64,000 bases of DNA from NCBI GenBank assembly GCA_964016885.1, contig OZ024741.1, positions 318,556,001 through 318,620,000 on the forward strand. Direction: 5' to 3'. Numbering within the stretch: the stretch's first letter is position 1; every line of letters starts with the position of its first letter. The notes beneath the pieces were generated by a model. It was not told the origin of the DNA, did not search any database, and saw nothing but the letters and a program-made list of their open reading frames with translations. Below are positions 27,587 through 40,378 of this stretch, one piece after another. The stretch is from Eledone cirrhosa. Its lineage: Eukaryota. The position numbers were made by a program, and so were the translations under genes.

Positions 27587-30500
27587 TTCTCTTTCTCTTC
27601 ATTTCGAGTACATTTTTGCCCGGCCACCTTCCTGGTGGCAAGGATGTAAAAGAAATTGTCATCCTTTCATTGGCAAGACTGTTTTGCAAATTTTGAAGGT
27701 GCAGCTATCGCAGTCATTTGTAGTCTATGAATTAGGGAACTGCGCTCTTTGTCCACAATTCTAAGTTCAGTCATACTTTGGCCCAAGCGGGTTGGTATAT
27801 AACCTGTAGCTCCAATAATGTTGAGTATGAAGCTGAAAGTGTATCTTGGATACTGGATCTGCAAACTCCTCATCAATGGTCCGTAGATATCCTCCTTCTC
27901 TTGTATTTTTCTTACAACGTTGACAGCTAATCTCTACAACAGAGCACGTTTTCAACGTGTGGTCCCAAACAACAATATCAGGCCGGTTGTGCTTTAATTT
28001 GGTACCAGTTTTTATTTTCAGGTTCCACCAGTATTTAGTGCCATCTATCTCAACGTATTCCTCCTCATTTGTTTTTAATGTTGTTTTCCTAAGTGCATTC
28101 CAGATGGTTCTAGCTATCACATCGTGTCATCGTGTCTCGTGTCTCGTAGTAGCGAGACAACATTCTTTCGCAGTTGGCAACAATGTGGCTAACATCTTCG
28201 AACTTTGTTTTACATAGGCTACATTTTTTGTCAATTGATGGGTCTCCACTTTTGTGTAGCAGATATTTGTTAGGGATTTCTTGTTCCTGTATTGCATAGA
28301 GATATCCTTCAAGGTAGGATGTCATAAACTTGTCGGAACTCCATGCCAGGCTTTCTGAATGATTTATCCCCTCTATGGTCTGTGTTTTTTGCACAACTTA
28401 CTCTGTAAATTGATCCATTCTTTTTATCTTGTTTGAACATTGAATAGGATCTCCCAATTTCCTTGGAAGAGAGATTTATACCAGGCCTTATTCCATATCT
28501 CTCCTCCAGATCAGTAGCTATCCTAATGATATTATTCTCATAAATCTGAACAAGATGGTTGCTGACCTTTTTCTTCTGTTGAAGATGTTGCTTCAGTGTT
28601 ACTATCCGGGTCTCGTATGATGTTAATATGAATTTTAGACCCCAGCCACCTTCCTTGCGTGAGAAGTATAGCCTATCCACATCACCATTGATGTTAAAGT
28701 TTCCAGTAACACTGAGAAGCTTGCGAGTTCTTACATCCATCTCACTTAGTTCTTGCAATGACCAGTTCAGCAGGCCAAATGTTGGCGTTAGGATTGGCAC
28801 AGCATAAGTATTGTGGGCAATGTATTTGTTGTACGCTGATAGTTTTAAGGGCCATATTTTCTTTACTCTCCTGTGGTGTTCAGTTCTGGTTCTCTACTTA
28901 TGGGACCATCATATCTGACATTCTCATCCTGTTCAAGATATCTGTAGTTGTCACCCGACTGTAGAGGTTGTATTGTCAAGCCGACCACCTCTAGATTTCC
29001 AGAGGAGGGCACAACTCTTCTACGTTTTACTGTCAAATATGCACATTTGGACTCATCAAATTTCATTCTGATGTCTGCAGAAAAGTGTGTAATGTGGTCC
29101 AATTGTTTTTTTGATATAATTGGTATTTGGCCCGTACAACATCGGGTCATCAACAAAGAAAGGATGGGAGATACTTCTGGACCCACTTCTATGACTACTT
29201 TGTTTTGTGAGCAGATATGATAGTGGGTTTAGTGAGATGACGAAGAGCAGCACCGATAAGCTATCACCCTGAAAGATGCCTTTCTGGTAGTGTATTGTAT
29301 CAGTCTTGATTTGGTCCTTCTCACCCCTAAGGATCAAATTGGTGTACCAGTTCTTGGTCGGGCGTTCAACAGCAGCTACTAGTGGTTGTGGGACTTTGGT
29401 TAACTGTAAAGCCTTACTAGTCCGCCCATGAGGTACACTATCAAAAGCCTTCTGATAGTCCAGCCACACCACAGTCATGTTCCTGCGATTCTTTGCTGTT
29501 TTTTCCTGTATCATTTTATTTTTAGTAGATGATCTATGCAACCCCACACCTTCTTTCCACCAGCTTGCTCAGGTGTTATAATATTGTTGGTGGCACAATG
29601 ATCATGTAAGAACAGATTAAGGCACCCAGTGTATAATTTATACATGATGTTCTGGCAGGCTGTTGGGCGGTAATTTTTAGCAAGGGTGTTTTGGCTATTT
29701 GGGTGGATGAGGAGAGTAGTGGCAGTTGATAACCATTGGGGCAGTTCTTGTGTGCCTTTAATGGTTTCTCTAAACAGCCGTATGAGATCTTGCCGATAAA
29801 AGGTGACATTTCTCAACCAGTAACCTGTAATGATGTCTAGGCCTGGTGATTTCCTATTCGATATTTTCTGTAGAGCTGTTTCCAGTATTGACCCATCTAT
29901 GTCATATTGTTTTCTCTCGATATGCTGGCAGTATTCCTGTTCCAGTTTTTTTTGTTTTTTTTTTTGTCAGTTAGTTTGTTTGTTAAATCCGTCATTCGTT
30001 TCCCATACAGATCTTCAGTAGCTCTCAACCTGTTCTTTTGTAGGGGTGTCATTTACAGAGATAAAGCTTTTTCCATTGAAGCTGCGATAAACTGATTTAG
30101 GATCTCTGCAAATAATCTATTTAGCACTTGCCGTTCATGTGCTGTTGACTTATATTTTAGTCTTTCTGCTGCAGCTGTGAGTTGTTGTTTCAACTGGTGT
30201 AGTTTGGAGCTTAGAATTTTAAATCTTGTACCTCCAAATCGCCTATCTAGTTTTTTCTTACGTCTTCCTGATGTCGTATGAAGTTGCTCTCTATGTTGCA
30301 TTTTATAACTACAGTGATCTGTGAGATACTTCGTCTCAGGGACAAAACTTTGTTTTTTAAATAACGCATCCACGCTGGTTCGGGCTTTTTGTTTGTATCT
30401 TGATTGCGTGGTTTTAGTTGTTTATGATAGGATAGCATATAACAAAATATTAAGCATTTCATGTCGCTCCTTTGGACCATGTGACCTTCAAATAATTGTT

Positions 30501-31150
30501 AGATGTTTCGTTCACTGCTTCCAATTCCAATTTAGTGGGTTCTTTACTGATTCTGGTGTTGTATGGTATGTTACTCACATTAAGGCTGCGCATCTCTTAA
30601 AATATATCATCCCATATCACTTGTAAGGTGTCCACAAGTTTTTGGTGTTCTGTTTGTACAGTAGAGTTATGGATTTCAGTTGTTGGTGAGCCGTTTACTG
30701 CTAGATTTAACTGACCATTCTCTCTGTCCATCAGTGGAAGTGGGATGGATTTCAGCTATGTTGTTGGTGAGCTGTTTACTGCTAGATTTAACTGACCATT
30801 CTCTCTGTCCGTCAGTGGAAGTGGAATGATTGTCTTCAATAGTGTCACGCAGTTCCGTTAGATATATCAATTTACATCTAATGATACATTTCGCCTGTTC
30901 ATTTAAATGTTTTGGGGAAAAGTCAATTCCAGGTGTTTGGAGTTCCAGAAAGTTTTTAGCCTCTGCATAAAACCGAACTTTTGGGGGTCAGATTGTTTGT
31001 ATGCTTTATACAAATCTTTGTTGAGATCGTAGTTCCATTGTATACAATTGGTATAGTTGCGATTTGGTCGAAGGAGTCACATTTCGCCATATTGAGTTCG
31101 TCGATTGACTTATATTTTGCATTTATTTTTCAAAATACACGATGATCTTT
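27587..31150 (-). mobile_element. R4/Dong-type RLE non-LTR retrotransposon, decayed
   Basis: Frameshifted pieces include NYRPTAC, EQAG, WLDYQKAFDSVPH, GIFQGDSLSVLLF, FVDD, RLYFSRKEGGWGL, CSLC..EDVSHIVANC (CCHC) and HNRPDIVVWD...VEIS (RLE). The 3' end abuts (TATG)n. The 5' boundary is approximate. Confidence 0.9.
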
Positions 31151-31650
31151 AAAAGTTTCGACAGTTTTGTCAGAATTAAATTTAAAGTTGTTCACAGCTT
31201 GGGTAATATTTCCTTTCAGCTAGTTTTTAATTCTACAACTGTATTTTAAACGTTCATATTTAGCCTTTTCTTTTTCTTTTTGTTTGGTAATGTTACTTAG
31301 TATATTTCATTATGAATGTAATATAACAACGCAGTATTTATAAGTTAAAATCTATGTAACATTTATATATTAAAATCTATGTATCGTTCATATGTGTTGC
31401 AATATATTTACAGTTCAAACACTTATGTAGAAATATTGTATGTAATCTTACCGCAATATGTAGCTCAACTTTTCCAATATATGGTATGCTGTCTTCATGT
31501 AAGCCGTAATTACATACGCCCGATCATCGGACTGACCGCAACGGTCGCCATTAGCGATGTATGTATGTATGTATGTATGTATGTATGTATGTATGTATGT
31601 ATGTATGTATGTATGTATGTATGTATGTATGTATGTATGTATGTATGTAT

Positions 31651-32262
31651 GTCAGGTCACCAGTTGGTGCTACTGGTAACATGTATCCCAGTACAACCTG
31701 TCTCATGGTCGGGTCGTTGGGGACTAAACTGGAAACCCCACCAAGGTTTCTTGGTGAGGAGGGTGACTTTGGACATCCTGCAGGACTAAAAACAAAACCT
31801 GTCAAAGGGCAAAGAAGCTCTTAAGAGTCAATGGCCATCCAAAATCACCGGGAGAGATGACCCCTTAGCCTTCGTCAAGGCAGAATTCTAGGAGAAGGAA
31901 AACATTGATATAACACCTGCAACCCTGATGGTATCCAATGATGTTGACTTGTTCTTCTTTTTGGTAAATATCATCTTGGTTAAGAGAGTGGGACTGGCTT
32001 TGTGCAGTGCCTTTGCTCACTATAAAAGCTTCATGGCACAGGCATTGCTTTATATCTGGAGATCTCTCTGTACTTGTCATCACATGGTACCATGGGCCCA
32101 GCACTATGTATCAATAAATGTCACAAGTGTAGTGTTTGTACCAGAGTTTTCAAGTTGCTGGCTGGACTAAAAAGTCACACTCGTTCAGCGCATCGGTAGG
32201 GGTTCTCCTACATGGATATAAAGTAGTGGCCGTACTCGAAAACGAGTTGGCAGCCACCATAT
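31651..32262 (+). mobile_element. Non-autonomous bipartite RTE-related element
   Basis: 31860-32050 resembles the RTE 5' region 33940-34150, and the 3' end TGGCCGTACTCGAAAACGAG..GGCAGCCA matches the RTE 3' end at 38235-38266. An inverted copy lies at 62729-63182. Confidence 0.8.
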
Positions 32263-32282
32263 GTATGTATGTATGTATGTAT

Positions 32283-32562
32283 GTTCTTCTGGTTTTATAA
32301 TTTCACAAATTTTTGCCAATAGAGAGAGAGCCGGTTTCTAACATAGACACAAGACTCTCACATTGGAATTTACACATCAACTAGGTAGATATGTCTGCAT
32401 GTCTGCATGCATGCATGTGTAGATATGGATGTTATTGTATGTATATGTTTTGAGTTGTATGTGTGCATGTGTATATGCAGTTATTAGATGCAAAATTTTT
32501 GGAATGTTTTACATATATTTTTACTGTTCCATTAATGGATTGTACTTGTAATTTCCTAACTA
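32283..32562 (-). mobile_element. ~290-bp repeat inserted in (TATG)n (probable 3' end of an RLE-type element)
   Basis: A highly similar copy lies at 38281-38575. Both are bounded by (TATG)n. Confidence 0.6.
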
Positions 32563-33842
32563 TGTATGTATGTATGTATGTATGTATGTATGTATGTATG
32601 TATGTATGTATGTATGTATGTATGTATGTATGTATGTATGTATGTATGTATGTATGTATGTAGGGAGCTTATAGATAGGACAACACACGCTGTCTCTTCG
32701 TGGGGTAAGTTTTTAATTAATTTTTGTATTCTGAAACATCAAAATACAACAATTTGTTGGTTACTGGACTCGGGAATGTCACGACAGAAGTTTGTGGAAG
32801 TTACACAAATATTTTAGTATATTTTAGCAGAGCAATCCTTATTTATATTTTACATTTACTTACATCTCAATATAACATGGCTAGAATTCAAATTTTGCTA
32901 AGAGAAGAAAACGGTCAAATGAACTAGATACATCTCACTGTCCATACCACCACAATAACGTCTACACTCTCTCCCCACCATCACATGTCATTACCATACC
33001 ATACCCTATCGAGACTAAAGTCATCGACCTGTTGTCAAACCCTCTACTCTCTGATGAATGTATATATATATATGTGTGTGTATGTATATGTGTGTATATA
33101 CATCACTCATATGTGTGTGTATGTATATGTGTGTATATACATCACTCAGTCAAACAACCAGATTTCAACCCCAACATCTACAACAACAACAACACCGGCA
33201 CTAATGTTTACAGCAACAACAGCTTCAGAATGAACTGAAATGAACATTTACAACAATTACAACAACAACAACAACAGCGGCATCAAAACATAAAAAAAGG
33301 AAGGGAAAAGAAAAAAGAAAAGGGAAGGGGAAAAAAAAAAAAAAAAAAAAAAAAGGGAGAAAAAAAGAAAGGAAAAGAAAAACTCAAAATAACAAAACAC
33401 ACACACACACACACAACAGAACAACAACATCAACTGCCACCACCGCCACCGCCGTCGCCATCACCACCACCAGCGACCTTAAGAACAACTTTAATAATAA
33501 TTTTTCTGCTTTTGGCACGGATCCAGCGACTGGCCAGCGCATCACTGGTACTCTCTTTTGTTGACTCCGTGGAGAGCCATAACTCTATGCTGTAAAGCAA
33601 TTATAGTAATACTGGACTGTAATACGATCGGCTTCAACTATACAAACTCTTGAAAGTCAACAGTTGACATAATCTGGTAATCTTGTATCAGTAATGACGG
33701 TAATATATATATATATATGTGTGTGTGTGCGTGTAAGTGAGTAGAGTAGCGTGTGTGTGTGTTTGTTGTGTGTGTGAGTGTTGCTGTGTGCACGCATATG
33801 TATGCGTGTGTGTGTATGTCGTACGTATAAGTGTCAATAAGT

Positions 33843-33876
<34 letters not shown>

Positions 33877-33878
<2 letters not shown>

Positions 33879-34179
33879 GCGGGGACATAGAAATAATCGG
33901 GCTGGATGCCCGATCGCGCAGTTAAACCACTGGGAGTGAAGAACCCCTAGCCCATGTCAGGGTATTCTTCTAGGAGAAGGCATCTCAGGAAACTGGGTTA
34001 ACTCCGATATAAAACCTGCGGCTCAGTAGTTACCGATGATGTTGATCTTTTCTTCTTTTCGGGTTATAGCTACTGTCGCTCAGAGAGTGGGATTGGTTCA
34101 GTGCACAGTCTTTCCTCACTTTAAAAATATTCGTCACGCACAGGCATTGCACGAGTGCATTAATAATTATTAATAGTGT

Positions 34180-34217
<38 letters not shown>

Positions 34218-34222
34218 TATTA

Positions 34223-34254
<32 letters not shown>

Positions 34255-37200
34255 CCAATTCAATGATGTTCCAGAACAATGTAAACGAGATAATTGCCAA
34301 TTTGGGTTCTGGAACAAAAGAGATCATTGGCAATAAGGGCAGGGGCCCCAAGTTATCACAACCTGGGCCCGCCCGTCATCGTGCCATTGTAATAGAGCCA
34401 AACAGGGCATTTAGTCTTGGCTGCTGGAACGTACGGACGCTGCTTGACGGGGATTCTTTGGAGCGTCCTGAACGAAGGACCGCTCTTGTTGCGAAGGAGC
34501 TTCGACGTTACGATCTTGACATCGTGGCTTTGTCTGAGACGAGGTTAGCTGGAGATGGTCATCTTGCGGAATTTTGTGGAGAATATACATTCTTCTGGAA
34601 AGGAAGAGATGAAGGAACCAGAAGAGAGGCTGGGGTGGGATTTGCTGTTAAGACTGTACTGGTGAATAAATTAGAAGAATTCCCAGTGGGGATTAGTGAG
34701 CGTCTTATGTCCATGAGAGTTCCGCTGGACAAGGGAAGATATGCTACCCTGGTGAGTGTGTATGCTCCAACTATGAATTCTGTCGATGAAGAAAAACTGT
34801 CCTTTTACCATGCCTTGAAAGGTGTTTTAAGAAATATCCCTCAGGCAGACAAAGTCATCGTGCTTGGTGACTTTAATGCTAGAGTGGGTAGGGATTTTAA
34901 CACATGGAATGTAATCGGAAGGCATGGGGTGGGAAAGTGTAACAGCAATGGTATGCTCTTGCTGCAGATGTGTGAGGAGCTAGATCTGTGTGTTACCAAC
35001 ACCATGTTCCAACAAAAGAACAAATTCAAGACCACATGGATGCATCCTGCATCTAAGGAATGGCATCTTTTGGACTACGTCCTAGTCAGGATGCGTGACA
35101 GACAGGATGTGCAGTGTGTTCGTGTTCTTCGTGGAGCTGAGTGCTGGACGGACCACCGCCTGGTGCGCGCAAAAGTGAATCTAATCACCAAACGTAAAAT
35201 CCGGGCTCCTGGTGTTACCCTGCCCAAAAGATTGAATGCTGCTCGTCTTAAGGATAAAAATGTGAAGAGGACATTGGAAGAAGAGATGCAGGCTGCAGAT
35301 CTTGGTGAGGATTGGCCGACCCTTAAAAAGTCGGTTTATGATGTAGGCAGGCGTGTTCTGGGATTGGTGCAGAGAAAACATCAGGACTGGTTTAATGAGA
35401 ATGATGTACATATAGAAGACTTGTTGGCTGATAAGAGGCGTGCTCTGTCACGCTACTTGACGGCAAAACCACAGGAGAGGAATACGTTGCATGAGGAGCT
35501 CAGGGATGTAAAATCACGTGTTAGGCGGAGTCTTTCTCAGATGAAGGATCAGTGGTGGAGTGAGAAGGCTGGTGAGATACAAACTGCGTCTGATTGCAAT
35601 AACACAAAGCTGTTGTACAGTCTCTTGCGTGAGGTTTATGGACCGTCTTCTTCTCTGGTGACACCGATTCGCAGCAGGGATGGCAAAGAACTTCTTCGTG
35701 ACTCACAGGGAATTCTACGAAGGTGGCGAGAGCACTTTGATGATCTTTTGAATCAGCCGTCTGTCGTCAGTGAAGATTTCCTCAATCTCATTCCGGAAAG
35801 TCCTGTGAAAGTAGCTCTCGCAGAACCTCCGACACTTGTGGAGGTTGCAGTGGCTATTTCGAAGCTGAACAGTGGAAGATCTCCAGGTATGGATGGCATA
35901 CATGCTGAGCTCCTACAATATGGTGGTGAGAGACTCCTGCAACATCTTCACTCTCTGTTTGGAAGGATATGGGCTAATGAATCCGTGCCTGAGGACTGGA
36001 GAGATGCAGTAATGGTGGTCTTGTACAAGGGAAAGGGTAACAGGAATGATTGTGGGAACTACAGAGGTATATCATTGCTTTCTGTCGTGGGGAAAGTTTT
36101 ATGTAGGGTGCTTCTGGACCGTCTGCTGACACACATTGCAGATTGTGTCCTTCCTGAAAGTCAATCTGGTTTTCGTGTTGGACGCGGCACTACTGATATG
36201 ATCTTCTCAGCTAGACAGCTCCAGGAGAAGTGCATTGAACAGGGCTTGGATCTGTATCAGGTTTTTGTCGATCTGACAAAGGCTTTCGATACTGTCAACA
36301 GAGATGCATTATGGAAGATTCTCCAGAAACTTGGTTGCCCTGATAAGTTCCTTGCTTTAGTTAGGTCTTTCCATGACGACATGAGGGCTTGGGTTAATGT
36401 CGGAGGTAACATGTCGGAGCCTATCTCAGTAAAAAATGGAGTGAAACAGGGGGATATTCCAGCACCGACCCTGTTTGCCATATACTTTGCAATGGTTTTC
36501 TGTGTTGCATTCAGGAATTGCGAGCATGGTGTTTACATCCGATATCGAACCTCAGGCAGCATATTTAACATCAGGCGCTTTGCTGCGAAGACAAAGGTAT
36601 TTACATCGGTCATAAGAGACCTCTTGTATGCAGATGATTGCGATCTTGTAGCGCACACAGAGAGTGATATGCAGCACATTTTGAATGTATTTTCTGACGC
36701 TTGCACTGCCCTGGGTTTGACTGTCAGTCTCAAGAAAACCGTCGTCATGTACCAACCTGCACCTGGTAGGCAGTACACTGAACCAAACATCTATGTGTAT
36801 GGCAAACGACTTGGAGTGGTTGATCAGTTTGTCTACCTGGGAAGCACTGTCAATCGATACGGCAACCTTGACAGTGAAATCTCACTTAGGATTAGGAAAG
36901 CAAGTGATGCTTTCGGAAAGCTAGAAAGGCGACTCTGGGGTCGGCGAGACATATGCAGGAGGACAAAGGTAAGGGTGTACAGGGCATGTGTACTCTCTTG
37001 TCTTCTTTATGCCTGCGAGACCTGGGTCATATATCGACGCCACCTTAGGCAATTGGAGCGTTTCCATCAGATGTGTCTCAGACGGATACATGGCGTTCGC
37101 TGGAGGGACCACATCAGTGATGTCGAGATTTTGGAAAGCTCTATGTGTGACAGTATAGAAGCTCTTGTGCTTAAGCAGCGACTCCGTTGGAGTGGTCACC

Positions 37201-37816
37201 TTGCCAGGATGAAGGATTCTAGAATACCAAAACAACTCTTCTATGGAGAGTTGGTTAAAGGAAAACGACCGCCACATAAACCAAAAAAGAGGTATAAGGA
37301 TTCCTTGAAGGCCTCTCTGAAAGACGCTAACATCTCTGCTGATACATGGGAAAATGTTGCTGCTGATCGTAATAAATGGAGAAAGACTGTATATGAGGGA
37401 AAAGTTGCCTTTGAGGCATCTCGAATCGCACACGAGAAAGTAAAGCGGGACGTGAGGAAGGGTATTGCTGTTGCACTTCCAGACGGCGAGGGTCCTCCTA
37501 TGTTTCTGACATGCAGCGTCTGTGCGAGACTCTGCCTAAGCAAAGCTGGACTCGAAAGTCATCTTCGCAGTCATAAAGTAAGACCAGTGGTTGACTACCA
37601 GGCTGCTGTTGGAGATGCTACTCATCATGCTTGCCAAACATGTGGTAGAGAATGTAAATCAGCAGGAGGACTCAAGCGACATGCAAAAGTACACGAACTC
37701 CAACCACAGCCGACTATTCCCAGTAAATGTTTTGGTTGCCGACTCTGTGCAAGACATTTTAGATCATTGGCTGGGCTAAAAAGCCACATTCGATCGCAGC
37801 ACTGTTAGTTGCTATC

Positions 37817-37856
<40 letters not shown>

Positions 37857-37935
37857 GCTTATGTGCGTGCGTGTGTGTGTATATATATATGAATATGTAT
37901 ATTATTGTTGTTGTTGTCGTTATTAATATTATTGC

Positions 37936-37975
<40 letters not shown>

Positions 37976-38095
37976 GTTATTAATGTATGTGTGTATATAT
38001 GTGTGAGTGTATGTGTATGTATGTGTGTGTGTATATATGTATGTATGTGTATGTATGTGTGTGTATATATATGTGTATGTATATATATATGTATA

Positions 38096-38128
<33 letters not shown>

Positions 38129-38158
38129 CTTTTCCCTTTTTTTTTTTTTTTTTTTTTC

Positions 38159-38203
<45 letters not shown>

Positions 38204-38280
38204 TTTTTTTTTTTTTTTTTTTTTTATTGTGCAATGGCCATACTCGATAACGAGGGGGCAGCCATCATGTATGTATGTAT
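33877..38280 (+). mobile_element. Near full-length RTE-clade LINE
   Basis: Structured 5' region, a single intact ORF, a microsatellite-rich 3' UTR, and a conserved 3' terminus followed by (ATGT)n. The 5' boundary is approximate and no TSD was recognised. Confidence 0.85.
34263..37808 (+). CDS. RTE LINE polyprotein: APE endonuclease, reverse transcriptase, 3 C-terminal C2H2 zinc fingers
   Basis: 1181-aa open frame with WNVRTL, ALSETR, GDFNARVG, LDYV, TDHRLV (APE); NYRGISLL, FVDLTKAFD, QGD, YADD, FVYLG (RT); and three CxxC-x12-HxxxH-type fingers. Confidence 0.96.
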   Translation: MMFQNNVNEIIANLGSGTKEIIGNKGRGPKLSQPGPARHRAIVIEPNRAFSLGCWNVRTLLDGDSLERPERRTALVAKELRRYDLDIVALSETRLAGDGHLAEFCGEYTFFWKGRDEGTRREAGVGFAVKTVLVNKLEEFPVGISERLMSMRVPLDKGRYATLVSVYAPTMNSVDEEKLSFYHALKGVLRNIPQADKVIVLGDFNARVGRDFNTWNVIGRHGVGKCNSNGMLLLQMCEELDLCVTNTMFQQKNKFKTTWMHPASKEWHLLDYVLVRMRDRQDVQCVRVLRGAECWTDHRLVRAKVNLITKRKIRAPGVTLPKRLNAARLKDKNVKRTLEEEMQAADLGEDWPTLKKSVYDVGRRVLGLVQRKHQDWFNENDVHIEDLLADKRRALSRYLTAKPQERNTLHEELRDVKSRVRRSLSQMKDQWWSEKAGEIQTASDCNNTKLLYSLLREVYGPSSSLVTPIRSRDGKELLRDSQGILRRWREHFDDLLNQPSVVSEDFLNLIPESPVKVALAEPPTLVEVAVAISKLNSGRSPGMDGIHAELLQYGGERLLQHLHSLFGRIWANESVPEDWRDAVMVVLYKGKGNRNDCGNYRGISLLSVVGKVLCRVLLDRLLTHIADCVLPESQSGFRVGRGTTDMIFSARQLQEKCIEQGLDLYQVFVDLTKAFDTVNRDALWKILQKLGCPDKFLALVRSFHDDMRAWVNVGGNMSEPISVKNGVKQGDIPAPTLFAIYFAMVFCVAFRNCEHGVYIRYRTSGSIFNIRRFAAKTKVFTSVIRDLLYADDCDLVAHTESDMQHILNVFSDACTALGLTVSLKKTVVMYQPAPGRQYTEPNIYVYGKRLGVVDQFVYLGSTVNRYGNLDSEISLRIRKASDAFGKLERRLWGRRDICRRTKVRVYRACVLSCLLYACETWVIYRRHLRQLERFHQMCLRRIHGVRWRDHISDVEILESSMCDSIEALVLKQRLRWSGHLARMKDSRIPKQLFYGELVKGKRPPHKPKKRYKDSLKASLKDANISADTWENVAADRNKWRKTVYEGKVAFEASRIAHEKVKRDVRKGIAVALPDGEGPPMFLTCSVCARLCLSKAGLESHLRSHKVRPVVDYQAAVGDATHHACQTCGRECKSAGGLKRHAKVHELQPQPTIPSKCFGCRLCARHFRSLAGLKSHIRSQHC

Positions 38281-39079
38281 GTTCTTCTGGTTTTATAATT
38301 TCACAAAGTTTTACCAACAGAGAGAGAGTCGGTTTCTAACATAGACACAAGATTCTCTCATTGGAATTTACACAACATCAACTAGGTAGATATGTATGTA
38401 TGTCTGCATGCATGCATGTGTAGATATGGATGTTATTGTATGTGTGGATGTGTCTGTTTTGAGTTGTATGTGTGCATGTGTATATGCTTTGTATCTGTAC
38501 ATGTGTATATGCAGTTATTAGATGCAACATTTTTGGAATGTTTTACATATTTTTACTGTTCCATTAATGTGTGTATGTATGTATGAAAGCACGTGGCTTG
38601 ATCGATAAGGTGTTCGGCACACGATCGTAAAGTCGCGATGTCTTTATTTCACGTTGTTCTATTCAGCTGGCAAAAATGAGTTGTACCTGTAAATTCAAGG
38701 AGCCAGCCTTACAGCGCCTATGAGAGTGGGGTCCAGCCGGTATTTTGTTCCGGGGCACAAGAGCTAAGCAGGCCCAACTGCAACCATGCAACATCCATTC
38801 GATTTTGAGAAAAATCTTTGCCTGCTTCGGGCCCCAAAAGGGTCTTGAACCGCCTTGTAAAATTTCTCTAGGAGGCCCTGCAACCTTATCATACACTGTG
38901 TCACGCCGAATCACCCTAAAAACTACGTTAAGAGTGCATATGTCTGTGGAATGCTCAGTCACATTCAAGTTAATTTTACGAGCAGGCAGTTTGGGTGATT
39001 GATTCAAGAAAAAAAACACGTCATCGGAAATGGCGGAAGGCCTCCATTATGTATGTACGTGTGTTTTTATGTATGTATG

Positions 39080-39140
<61 letters not shown>

Positions 39141-39178
39141 ATGTATGTAGGTCTGTATGTATGTATATATGATGTATG

Positions 39179-39223
<45 letters not shown>

Positions 39224-39238
39224 AGGTTTGTATGTTTG

Positions 39239-39315
<77 letters not shown>

Positions 39316-39867
39316 GTGTGTGTGTGTGTGTTTGTATATATGATGTATGTATGTATACAAAATCGAAATCGGGAATGATTGATAGAAGACAAGAAGAAAA
39401 TAATTCCAATCACGATACGCATCATAAAACAGAAATTAATATATTCTAAAGAAATAATAATATTAATAGAAAGAACGAATTTCTAACCTTGCCCTATAAA
39501 TCATGACCCTTGTTAATAGCTAGGAATATATATATATATAGGTTGAGTTTAAATGCATTGGCGAGATCTGAAATTTGAAATGTAGTCCTTCCAACGTAAA
39601 TGACTGCAAAAATAATTTAACACTATAAATAATATTGAGATGTCCCGGTTCGATTTTCCGTTGGCGTCTATCCTACATTTTCCGTCTCCAGGGAGACAAT
39701 TTTCTCAGGTGTTATTTATGGTCATAGACTACCATTATAATCATTTACGTTGAGACGACTGCATTTCAAATATATACATATATACGTGTATATGTATGTG
39801 TGAACACGTTTGTGTATGTACGCACACACACACATATATATATAGTGTGTGTCTATATATATATACA

Positions 39868-39983
<116 letters not shown>

Positions 39984-40157
39984 AGAATTGAAGAATGATT
40001 GAAGGTTTAGCTACCAAGAAGATAAGTAAAAGAGAAGATTCTGAAATAGAATGCTTATGGTTTCTATAAACAGCTTGATTGATGATAATATAATATGTTA
40101 TATAAAAGGGCTTATTTATAGGATAGAATGGGTCTATTTTCAATTACATACACCCTG

Positions 40158-40237
<80 letters not shown>

Positions 40238-40308
40238 TTACGTTAAATATTGATGCAATTCAATTCAAGAACTCTACGTACCACATAGGAATGACGGAGT
40301 ATATATAT

Positions 40309-40378
<70 letters not shown>

